From NCBI GenBank assembly GCA_973895155.1, contig OZ316898.1, positions 16,661,420-16,725,419 of the forward strand: a stretch of DNA of 64,000 nucleotides, read 5' to 3'. The translations under genes and the position numbers were made by a program. Every line of letters begins with the position of its first letter. The stretch's first letter is position 1. Positions 48,901 to 60,643 of the stretch are shown here, piece after piece. The DNA comes from Marsupella aquatica. Lineage: Eukaryota; Plantae; Marchantiophyta. The notes beneath the pieces were generated by a model, which saw only the letters and a list, made by a program, of their open reading frames with translations, had not been told where the DNA came from and did not search any database.

Positions 48901-51900
48901 GCTACACCCAGTACATTCCACTCTCAGTCTATGATCTTGAGTCGTGGCTTGGGACACCATCAATTTACGTATTCGATTGTTCAGCTGCAGGCGTTATTGT
49001 AAATGCATTTTGTGAGGTAAGCTTGTACCTTTGAAACCTGCATTAAATGATTGCTGGTCACAGCTTTAGTATTGTAGTTGTTGATCAAATGATGCCCTTT
49101 AGAATGCAATATTTTTCCGTTGGAGCTTCTCCCATTCCTTTTCTCGAACATAATGACGCGAATCGAGATTAAAATCAGGAGATATAATCCAAGGTTTGCC
49201 TAAAGTGGAACAATTACTAGAAGCACGTCCCATAAATTCTGTCGTTTCTTAAATTGGGATCATGGAATTCTGTGATAAGCATTGGAGCTTACTGGGGTGT
49301 TGTCCTCTGCAGAGGCCAGACTGGGGTGTCGGTAACTCGCCCATGCCTGCAATGAAAGATTGTATATTATTGGCTGCTTGTGCCGCACATGAGATGCTTC
49401 CTCAAAATGCAGAGCTACCAGCAGACGTTTTCACATCGTGCCTCACTACACCTATTAAGATTGCCCTGAGATGGTAACTTAGCTTTCTCTGCCGGCCATA
49501 TCATCCACTGTAGATATTATTAGTTGTTTATGAACTCACAATTATGTCAATTAGAGTGTTACCTCTTATGATCTATGTTTGTTTGCCAGGGCAAGTTATA
49601 CTCTGGACATTGTGTTGGTGAAAGTGCCAAGATCATCTTTGACAGTGATGACTTTTCTTGCGTGTTGGCTTTGCAGGTTCTGCCCACGCTCATTACTGAA
49701 GGACATCCTCGATCCTGACCTAATTGATCGCATTCCGGGACGACAAAATGATCGGAAAACTCCGCTTGGAGAGTTGAACTGGATATTCACTGCGATTACG
49801 GATACTATTGCCTGGAATGTACTTCCTCGTGGTAAGGACTGAGGCAATGCTCTAGGATACAATGGACGGAGCATGTTAAGAGTGGCATGGTTGAGTAAAG
49901 AGAGGAGGTTTACTTTCTGACTAAACTTCATGTCTTGGTGCAGATCTCTTCCAAAGACTATTTCGGCAAGATCTCCTTGTGGCGAGTCTTTTTAGAAACT
50001 TTCTGTTGGCAGAACGGATAATGCGAGCTGCTAACTGCACCCCGCAATCCTGTCCATCCTTGCCACCAACCCATCAGCACCCCATGTGGTACCTCCTTCG
50101 TGCTCCGAAATTGAATTTTGGTCTGTGTTCTCTAGCAATTGCTCGATTTTAGGCTGACAATATTCTCAGCAGTACGAGTGGTTGATGGTTCTGAAGTCGA
50201 AACTGCTGGCACTGTCGCAGGCATGCATGGGACATGGCTGCTGAGATCTGTTTGCGACAGCTTCCTGATTTACTGAGTGATCCATCCATTGAATTCCAAG
50301 TAACGAATTCTTCCAGTTGTACCTCGTGTTTCATTGTGATGATGTGGATCGGCTGCTGTCAATCAGCGAACTTTTATGGACTTAATCCGCAGTCTAAATT
50401 AGATCTTTCCGTGTTCTTGAACCGTTATTGCAAAGTTGTTATTGCAGTGCCTGAACGGATGCTTCATTAACCCCGTCACTAATAACCTTGCAGCCAAGCC
50501 CTTTCTTCACGGAGCAATTGACGGCTTTTGAAGTCTGGCTGGAACATGGAAACAGTCGGAAGAGTCCTCCAGAGCAGCTTCCCATTGTACTTCAGGTGAT
50601 TCATACTGGGTTGTCGTTCTCGCTAGGAATTCTGATAATTCAATTACAGGCCCATAAAAAAGAGCTGCTGCTGTGTCGGCATTGGTAAAGCACGACATTG
50701 TTACAGAGTGGCAAAGATCATGCTTTTAATTGATACGCAAGGTCCAGTTGGTAGTGGTCTACCTCTCAGATTTGTGTTCTCGATGATGCAGGTTCTACTT
50801 AGCCAATCACATCGATTTAGAGCATTGGTGTTGTTGGGCAGGTTTTTGGATATGGGAGCATGGGCTGTTGATCTGGTAAGATATCCCTTCATTTCCTTGA
50901 GGTGTTCTGAATTATCTCGAGGCGAAGCTAATGTAGAGTGTTGTTCACCAATAATGAAAAGGATAGGTTGTATCCCATTCGAGAGGCAAGTGGTGAGAGA
51001 AATGGAGTGGGAATGACAATAAAGGATGATGAATGAGGCGGTGCTGCAGCGTGTTTTTCACCAATAATGAAAAGAACAGGTTGTATCCCATTCGAGAGGC
51101 AAGTGGTGAGAGAAATGGAGTGGGAATGACAATAAAGGAGTGATGAATGAGGCGGAGCTTATGCAGCGTGTTTTCACAAATAATGAAAAGGATATTTAAT
51201 ATCCTGTTCGAGAGGCAAGTGGTGAGATAAATGGGGTGGGAATGACAATAAAGGAGTCATGAAATACTGGGGTGGAGAGTGTTTCTTGTTAAGGCTTAAT
51301 GAAATTTCGTCGATGATGGAGGTACCCGTTGTGGGACGAAATTGAATATTTAGCCTGCCAGCATTTTGTAATCGAGTGTGTTAGCTACTTGCGCCCGGAG
51401 AGTGTTTCTTGTTGAGGATTAATGAAATTTTGTCGATGATGGAGGTACTCTGTTGTGGGACGAAAGTGAACATTTAGCCTGCCAGCATTTAGTAATCGAG
51501 AGGACAGTGTATTAGCTACTTGCGCTCAGTTCTCGTGGACAAGTGTCTTTTGACGTTGCAGAACAAGTGAGATCTCATGGAATCATCTTCAACACATTCT
51601 CCAGCTTTTGTTTGTAATGTGAAGCTAACAGTTATTTTATGCTTTCTCGGGCAGGCTCTCTCTGTGGGGATATTTCCGTATGTACTGAAGCTACTGCAAA
51701 CTACTGCTACAGAACTTCGGCAAATTCTTGTGTTCATTTGGACCAAGATTTTAGCTCTAGACAAGGTTTGGATCTTGAATGCTGTCTTGGAAGCCAGGCT
51801 TGCTACAGGGTTCATTATAGCAGCTATGTGGTTTACTAGTTGGATCATATGTCATCGAACTCGTGGGGTGTTCAAGCCTCTAGATGTTGAAATGATGTTC

Positions 51901-54900
51901 TGCGCTTGAGGACCGATCCTACTCAGATCCAACATGATTCAAAAATTGTCGACGTGATGATGCAGTCTTGTCAGGTGGACCTTGTCAAGGATGGAGGTCA
52001 TCAATACTTCATCAAATTCCTAGATAGTCCCGACGTATGTGCCGAACAGCAAGCTATGGCTGCATTTGTACTTGCTGTCATTGCAGATGGTCATCCAAGG
52101 GGTCAAGCAGCTTGTATTCAAGCTGGATTGATCAGTATCTGTCTCATGCACATTCAAGCAGCAGTCCCTAGAGAAGGACATGGTACAGAGACGCAGCCGG
52201 AGCCAATTCTCTTGCAGTGGTTATGCTTATGTCTAGGCAAGCTTTGGGACGGTGCTCCTGATGGTCAAGCTATAGCTCACAGGGACAACGCCAAAGCAAT
52301 TCTTGCGCCGCTTTTGCAAGAACCTCAACCTGAGGTGAAGGTTCCTCTTAGTAATCAATATGCATTTCAATAAACATCTTGGTCACTCACCCCCGTCCCC
52401 TTTGTTTACCCCTCGTGGCCTGTTTGCTCGAGTAATGGTTATTGTTTTGTAGTGACGTCTTCTCTAGTCTTTTGCTTTCTATATTTTTCTGCTAATATAT
52501 TGACTATTGTGGCTTGTATTGTTTTGCTTACGATCTCTAAAAATAGCTTTTGAGGAACTTCAAAATATTTTGTAATGAGTTTTGTGCAACGAACAGAGTC
52601 TGTAGCAACTATTGCAATCGCCATTCTCGATGTTCTAGACATTAACTCTCGAATCGTTTGTGTGTCGTTTCGTGTAGGTTCGTGCATCCGCAACCTACGC
52701 ATTGGGCACATTGGTGAAGGTACATACTGAGCCTATATCTGACAACCCATCTGGGGCAGAGGACGAGGATGAAGATGGACTTAGTGCAGAGAGAGACATA
52801 GCTCGGAGCCTCTTGAGAGTACTTTGTGATGGGAGTCCTTTGGTCAGAGCGGAGCTTGCGATAGGTGACTGACCTACTCCTATCTTGGATCTCTCACCTC
52901 CGTTCAATCTCATGCAATACCCTGTGATATCTGATTGAGCTAACGGTTTCGCTCTTTTTAGTTGTCCAGTTGTAGCAATTTTATGAGGAAATGCTGGCAA
53001 AATATTCATGTTCTACGTTGATCGTAAATCTTAAGTTCTATGATTTAAATTTCTTAAGTTTCTTATGAGTTAAATTAGTTACCAGTACGGGTTGTTCAAT
53101 ATTGAACAACGCCCTGGGAATCATTTGCACCACAATGAATTTGTAAGTCGTGGTATCTTTGCTTCATTTATTCATTCGGATGAGAGGTCAGCAATGCAGC
53201 AAGATACTAAAGTACTTCTTACTCTTACTTCTTACAGCCCTGGCACGACTTGCCTGCGGGCATAATCGTCTCTTCAGGTCTGCAGCAGCTGCCTATTTGA
53301 AGCCTCCATCTAGTAACATCATGTCACCAACGTTTACGGCAAGTAGGAATGCTGGTTACGCATCATTAGCATTTGCAGGAGCGAATGTAATGGACCCAAG
53401 TACAGGCCTGCGAGTAGGTCTGGAAGGGACAACCCCACCGCGGTCGATGCGATCAGTGATGAGCAGCAGTTCATTACCTGTATCCGGAAACCTCCAAAAT
53501 TCTCCATCACCTGAAATAACCTATACAGAAGAAGCAAGATCATTAGGGAATGGTTCTAGCAGTAATGGAATGAGCAGATCTTGGAGAATGAGGGGAGAGG
53601 AGGGTGGAGTATATGTACAGTGCGTTGCAGCAGTATATGCTTTGGCTAGAGATCCCTCTCCTCGTGTCGCAAGCCTTGGGCGGCAAATTTTACGTACTGT
53701 CGGTGTGGAAGTTGTAGTGAAGCCTCTAATTAGGACATCTAGTGGACCTGGGCACCAGCGACAGTTGTCTGTACCTGCAATACCTCCTTCGCCTTTGCCT
53801 AGTGGATTGGTGCGTTCTACTTCGTGGGTGGCATCCACTTCAGGTGATTGGTGTTCGTCTTTGGATCTCCTTGCTTAAGCGTTGTGATTTCTGATTGGTT
53901 CATATCAGGATGGGAGGCCCTTCTTGCGGTCTACTTCCCATTCATGAAAACTGTGTTCAGTATTAAGGGGGCTGTGATGAGATGAACTCCAGTGCTGTAT
54001 CTATGAGCAGAGAACCGCATGTGATTGTTACCTGTCTGATGACTTTCTTCTGGTTTGTACAGGTAATCTTGCGAGTACGTTTAGAACGCCTCCTCCAAGC
54101 CCTCCCTCTCGGCCAAGTTTTCTAACAAGCCCAATGGGGATGCGGAGAGTGTCATCTATGGAGCAATTTGCTTCTGCCACATCGGGGCCCCGCGACATGT
54201 CGAGGTTACCACTCCGGATTTCTGGAGATATAGGAATAGCAACAACATCTCCTGTTTCGAGATCTGCTAGCTCTACTGGGTTAGTCGATCCAGCTATGGT
54301 GGCGGCTGGTCTGGCATCTGTAAGCCTTGAAGCTACTCTACCTCAATCAACTCTGTACAGCTGGAGCTGTGGCCATTTTTCAAGGCCTCTCCTTGTACCT
54401 ACGATTGACGATGAGGATGAAGTGTTAGCCAGAAGGGAGGCGCGAGAGAGAATGGCTGACGAGGCATTATACAAATGCCAGCATTCGAGTGAGTGGTTAA
54501 GTTCAACAATGGGGCTGACCTTTCTGTACTTACGAAGTATCTTGCCGTTTCGGTGAGGTTGTTGGTTAGCAATGCGAATGTTTTCGTTTGCTGGCTAATA
54601 ACATGATGATTGCTATCTTTTGAAGTGATGGACGGACTGAAAACACGCTGTCTGTGATATGAGATGAATTGGATCTTCACATCTGTTCTGAGATGGAGGT
54701 GACACAAGCTAACACTAAAAGGTCTATTTTGTAGGCGTGACTAAGGTTAGCGATCAGATTGCGAGCTGTGATACATCGTCAGAGATGGGCACAAAGGCTG
54801 TGCTGTTTCATCCATTTGTTCCACTAATTTGTATCGCTGACGAGAAGGAGACAATTAGGTAGGATTGTAGTCTGAGTGAGAAGTCTCTATCCAATTATCA

Positions 54901-57104
54901 AGATGTATGTCTTGTAGATCTCGTTCTCGAGATGCATGTGCTGTTTCTGAAGGAGTTTGTTCTGTTGTTTGCGCGTAACATAACTTCGTTCACTCGTTAT
55001 TTTGTTTCTATTAGGATATGGAATTACGAGGACGGGCAAACCATCAATTCTTTCGACAATCACAACGCTCCAGATAAAGGGGTTTCGAAGCTGTGTCTAC
55101 TTAATGAGCTGGATAACAGTTTGCTGTTAGTAGCATCAAGTAAGCCGCAAACTACATGTTTCGACTATACAATGTATCGAGCATGCAGATCTATTTCATG
55201 TAGCTAAAGTTGATGTTATATTGTTGTTAGATGATCGGACAGCTTCCCAAATGACGAGGCTTTTGCTTGTGGGTTTGAGCAGGTGATGGGAGCGTAAGGG
55301 TTTGGAAGGATTACATGGAGAAAGATAAGCAACGCCTTGCCACTGCTTGGCAAACAGTTCAGGGTCATAGGCCTGGTTCTCGAGGCATTAGTGCTGTTGT
55401 AGACTGGCAGCAATCATCAGGTTTACTGGTATTGACCGATCCCATGCCTTGGCATTACATTTTCACTATTTGTACTAGTGTTTCCGAAAAGCTTGTCTTG
55501 CTTTCCTTCATGCAGCTGAAATGTGTACGGTATCTATGCAGTATGCGTCTGGTGAAATCTCGTCTATAATGGTTTGGGATTTATACCGAGAACTACTTCT
55601 CTCAAGCATCCCATCTCGGTCTGACAGCTGCATCTCTGCGATCGTAAGTATAGCAAGTGTTGATGCAAAGCCTTTTGGTTTGAAAGGATTGTGGAATAAC
55701 TTTTCCTGCGTTAAAAACTTCTGGATTGCCACCGCTTTGCTAAAATAGTGACTGGCGTGCAGTCTGCATCACATACGCACAGTATGCAGTTTGGAGCTGG
55801 TTGCGGTGATGGCTATGTAAGAATTTTTGACGTGCGAACAAGTGAGATGTAAGTTTTTGACTCTATTGACGTGTCATTTCTCAGGATTGAGAGTTTTGTA
55901 TAAGTTCGCATTGAATTTGTAGCTGTCCTTAGTCTTGTTGGAGTGTCCCATAAGGCCCACTAGAGTTTAGGATTGTCAAAACAAGGGATTTCTCTAGCCC
56001 AAAGTCAGTAGGACGTCCATCCAACGCGAGAGGCTGGCTTTTAGCAGATCGTTTTCGTTGCTCCTTTATTTGACATGGCCAATCTTACTTCATGATGTAG
56101 GCTCGTCGCTGCTGTGAAAGCCCATTCTCAAAGAGTTGTGGGAATCGACTTCCAACCTGGAATGGATTCAGTGAAGGTGTCTATCTTGACGCTGTCTCTT
56201 TTCAAATGTTTTGGAATTATATTTGCTTATATGTTACAATGATGCACAGAGACTGTTTATATTTGTTCTTGTCCTGGAATTCAAATTATAATGTGAGGCT
56301 CAAACTTTTCGTACTCTTGTGGTGCGATCCTCTCAATTCCCTCGCTATCCCTCTACTACTTGAAGGAGATTATAAAGGAAACCTCTGAATATTGATATGT
56401 CAGTAATTCTTACGAATTGGAAGAAACATCGGACATATCCTTTTTCAGAACCAGTACTCCTTACCTGTGATTTCTTTTAGAATCGTTCTGAACTTAGGTT
56501 CTGAATTTGTCGTACTACTGAGCGAACCACTCGGGGACTAGGGTTTCGGGTTTAGGGTTGTGCAAGAGATGTCGAAAATGATGAAAGACTTCGCCGCTAT
56601 GATGTGATCGACTTCGGCCGAGTGTGGGAGGATTTATGCGTGCAATCCACGGGAATTGAAGGGACAGCCTTTCCATGCTGGCCCTGCACAAACTCTAGAA
56701 GTACACTTGTACTGCATTCTGACGAGCAACGTTGTCATTGTCTGTTGATTGTGATTGTCCAGATGGTATCTGCGTCACAGGCAGGAGATATTAAGTTCCT
56801 GGATTTTAGAAATAACTCGAGCCCTTATCAATCTGTGGAGGCTCATAAGGGTCACTTAACATGTTTAGCTGTTCATCGACATGCCCCAGTTATTGCCAGT
56901 GGTTCTGCAAAGCAGTATATCAGAATATTCAGCAGCACAACTGGTGAGCCATTGAGCATGGTGCGCTATCACAACAGCTTTCTCGGGCAAAGAATAGGAC
57001 CTGTCAGCTGCCTTGCGTTCCATCCCTACAGTGTGCTCCTGGGAGCCGGGGCGACCGACTCAATTGTATCAGTTTATGCTGGAGAGAGTCACAGCGCCAG
57101 ATGA
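45993..57104 (+). CDS. RAPTOR: Regulatory-associated protein of TOR, about 23 coding exons (first 45993-46292, second 47879-47981, last 56763-57104)
   Basis: SKWRMKDR|[23 protein letters not shown]; [16 protein letters not shown]; [19 protein letters not shown]; [29 protein letters not shown]; [15 protein letters not shown]; HEAT/ARM region; WD40 C-terminus with [15 protein letters not shown]. Confidence 0.98.
50919..51525. repeat. Two adjacent intronic tandem repeats in RAPTOR (~115 bp x3, then ~122 bp x2)
   Basis: ATAATGAAAAG...TTCGAGAGGCAAGTGGTGAGA...GGGAATGACAATAAAGGA x3; GGAGAGTGTTTCTTGTT...GCCTGCCAGCATTT x2. Confidence 0.9.
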
Positions 57105-58365
57105 TCCATGTTCTTGCCTGTCCTGTCCCTCTCGTGCCATTCTCATACCTGTGAGTGGCGACGGATGCAGAGGGCAGGCGTCATTATTGTAATTGTGTCA
57201 GGCTTAGATTTAGGGCTCGAGAGCTAAAAATTCTTTACAATAATTCAGTAGGACGAATCTGTAATCGGTCTAGGTCGGGGAAGGGGGGGAAGGGGGAGTA
57301 AGGTACAGCCTAAGTCACTTCGTTGGTGCGGGGTTCCCATTATTGAGCAATCCTTCACGAAAGGATTGCCTTGTGCAAAATGTATGTAATTATATATGTT
57401 CCTGTCTTCTACCAGATTTTGTCTGGACAACTCTCTGTAGAAATGTTACCTCAGTGTTGATGCCATCGGCTCTGTCGATATTTCGGTGCGACGATGTGGA
57501 AATTGATTGTATCAAAATCTTTAGTTTGCTGAAATCTTCTAATTGCCCTTGTGGCAGTCTGAAATCTATGGGACCAGATTCAATATATTGACGAATTGAT
57601 CCCGGAAAGTTTTATGAAAATTGAGTCCTCATATGTTTGAGATCTTGATTACATCGAAGTATGTTCTGGTAACATTCTTACATGATATTAGGTTTTTGAT
57701 TGTTTAGGGGTGATGCCTTGGGGTCTCTAGTGAGTTGCAGGCTGACTCGGGGCTACCCAGCACAGCATGTTTGGTAATGAATGAAATTTATTACCATGTA
57801 GGACAAGGGGCAAGAAAGAAAGCCGATCTACAAACGCGAAACAGGATTCTGAATGCCGCATCGTGAATTTTTTCTATGTATTTTTCAGGGCAATCTTGGA
57901 GAAAATGCACCGTCAAGATTTGAATCACCTTCTGATTTTTCACTTTCTATTTTTTAGTGCAATCTTGGAGAAAATGCATCGTCAAGATTTGGATCACCTC
58001 GTTTAGGGACAGGATTCTCCTCTAAAACAGATAATCTATCAGGCGTTTAAACTATCACTGTCCGTGTAAAAGGAGAATTATCCAATACTTCACTTTTTCA
58101 CATTTCTCTCCTCTAGGGTGAGACTTTGCCCCCACAATTTCAGAACATAAAATAAAAAATGGTGAAACCTACTTTGCTTCACAGTTTCAAAATTAAAAAA
58201 AATAAAAATTGGTGAAACCTGGTGGATTTTGTGGGAAAGTGGCACTTAGTGCGATAAGGACCCATTTCTAGTGCCCATTCCATATGTGCAAATAATAGCA
58301 CCTCCAAACTTGAGGTCTTTGTGGCACAATGCACTACCACTTTGCGCCTTTTGACAAAACAGCTT

Positions 58366-58470
58366 TTTATTATATAACCCCCCAAACTGGTAGTTATTAG
58401 TATATTGCCCCTAAAACTAATATATTTAGTATACTGCCTCCCAAATTGTATCCTATCACTTTTAACCCGA
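58366..58470. mobile_element. Possible Mutator/MITE-like terminal repeat fragment
   Basis: Periodic CCCCCAAACT / CCCCTAAAACT / CTCCCAAATT submotifs; no partner end visible, and the copia LTR follows shortly after. Confidence 0.3.
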
Positions 58471-58599
58471 GTACTTGATCATTGTTGTGTTCTGATTGGC
58501 CAAAAAGTAACCATAGTCGATGACCAACCTTACCACAGTATCATCTTCGCCCGGGCTCAAGGCACAACCGTGTTTGATCAGTGTGTATGGAGTCAAAAG

Positions 58600-58934
58600 T
58601 GTTAAGAATTGCTTTTAGTTTAGTGACTCATAGGTTACGGCACTTAGGCTAACCACAGTTAGGATCTTAGCTGAGGTTAGGTTAGTCGTGTGTGACATTG
58701 TATATACTTGTTAGGCTAGTGTAAGCCGCTGGTGTGTGGTGCTTACTGATTGTAACGGAGCAACTTGAGGAAAAGGGAGAGCATGTGTGTTCGTTTACTC
58801 TTGAAGTAAAACTTGAGTGTTCGTGTGGACGTAGCCTTGGAGAAGAGGTGAACCACGTAGAGATTGTGTCGAATACGTGTGCATGGAATGAGTCATGGTT
58901 GTATGGTCGTTGCGAATGACATCTTAGTTCAACA
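58600..58934 (+). repeat. 5' LTR (335 bp)
   Basis: TGTTAAG...TTCAACA, followed after 2 bp by the PBS; the left boundary is inferred from the terminal motif. Confidence 0.75.
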
Positions 58935-58936
58935 AT

Positions 58937-58948
58937 TGGTATCAGAGC
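58937..58948 (+). promoter_or_regulatory. PBS complementary to initiator tRNA-Met (TGGTATCAGAGC)
   Basis: Canonical plant sequence read directly. Confidence 0.95.
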
Positions 58949-59795
58949 AAGCCTGGGAGGTGACGTTGAGGTGATCAAAATTTTCGTGACTTGTTGGTGA
59001 CGGTTTTTCCAGCGGTTAGAGTTGGTGGATTTTACGGAGATCTATCGCATGGAACTTGGAGGTGTTGGGCTCAACGGCTAGATCGGGGCAAGGGCTTTCC
59101 GACGGTGCAAAGAAATCTCTGAACAGAGTTCGTGGTGCGGAGGAATTCACGTTTCCGTCGTTCTGGATTTTTTATGATTCGTGCTCGACGGTTTTCTTCG
59201 ACGGTTCTTTTGGGGGGGAACTGAGATCGTTTTCCCGACGGTGTGAGCTTTGTGGTGCGCGAGGCGTCACAATCTTTAGCTCAAATCGTAGATCGGGCAA
59301 AGCTGATCATTTCGGTAGCTGGTTTGCTATCGAGGGTGTAGTGAGTGCGATGTACCAAGCAAAAGAGCCGTTCTGAGTTTCTGACTGGCTATGGAGTCTT
59401 CTTTTGACTAAAACGGGGTTTCTTGTCGTTGCGTTCGACTCAAAGGAAGAAACGGGAAGTGCAACGGCTCAACGGAGAGATCGCGGTGCAGTGGTCGTTT
59501 TGAGTCCAAGATTGACACTTGACGCGGAGTGAAGGAGTCGTGACGGGAATTTTTTACTCTGCTAGAGTTGCAAACGGTGCCGGTGCAATTCGGTAACATT
59601 TCCCGTCGACAACTAGTCTTTATCTGGTGTAAAGTGATAACGGCAATGTGAGTAACCCAACAAATTTATTTTTTGTTCATATTTCCCTTAGAATAGGGCT
59701 TTTTTGGTGGTGTGTATACACACCCTCCCGACCCTTGCACCCCTGTCAATACCCCGTTGGCGATCCCCTCCTCCTCCTCGCTAATACTCCCATCG

Positions 59796-59920
59796 CGGAC
59801 GTCCCGGACGTCACAGCCGGTGCGGACGTCCCAGACGTCTCGGCCGTCCCAGACGTCTCGGCCGACACGGACGTCCCAGACGTCCCGACCGTCACGGCCG
59901 TTCCGGACGTCCCGGCCGTC
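59796..59920. repeat. 9-bp-period CpG-rich array with eight GACGTC palindromes in the copia leader
   Basis: Read directly: GGACGTCCC/AGACGTCTC/GGCCGTCCC units. Confidence 0.85.
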
Positions 59921-60643
59921 GCAGCTCCATCCCTGCCCATTTTGACTCGGTTTTTTACTCCACGGCCCCCTGTGCACTGCCTGGCCCGTCACGCGTCTAG
60001 ACGACGCGGATGCGCCTTTTTTAAGACAGTATTTTTGTGTTAAGGGGCTTAAACCCCCTTAGGCCCAGTTTTTTACTCCTTTCCAGGCTCCTCATTCGTT
60101 AAACGGCATCCCGGGCCCGGTGACCCACCAAATTAACCGCTTGGACAGGGGGAACGGCCCCCTGTGAGACCTGTTGCACAGTCCAAGGAATATTCCAAAA
60201 AAAACAGAGAGCTGTTTTTCGGCCTTTAGTCAAAGATTCCAAGGTCCGAACAGTAACTTTTTTCGGATCTTTTTTGGCAAGAACGTAGCCACTGAAGCTA
60301 GCAACGCGGTGCACCACTCGATTTGAATTTCTGACGACGGGTGGTACTTGGAATTTTTCTTATTCCCCAAGGTGGTCAAAATGGGGAAGAATTTTTGAGT
60401 TTTACCCACCCCGACCGAAACATGAAAAAGTTTTTCGTCGGAACTCGATTTCAATTTTGGATTTCAGCATTGGCTTGCTAGGTTGGTGGGCTAAGTGGCG
60501 GTGACAAGTTTCAAGTTTTTTGGAAAGTTGCGAAAAAAGACATTTTTTCGTGATTTGGATTTGAGTCAACGAGAAGGAAGGAAGGAAAAAGCATATAGGG
60601 AGTAGCATAACAATAGCACGTGGAGAACATTGGAAGGACAACG

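Noticed and set aside
56538-56559. Interstitial telomere in the last RAPTOR intron
   Set aside because: Only about three imperfect units; too short to interpret.
3377-58934. The two copia LTRs as ends of one giant element, since both read TGTTAAG...TTCAACA
   Set aside because: Opposite orientations, unrelated internal LTR sequence, and different PBS types and Gag lineages; shared termini are generic for copia.
59648-60043. Repetitive ORFs (DVPDV / RTSQTS) in the copia leader as an extra gene
   Set aside because: Open in several frames on both strands simply because the 9-bp repeat lacks stop codons.
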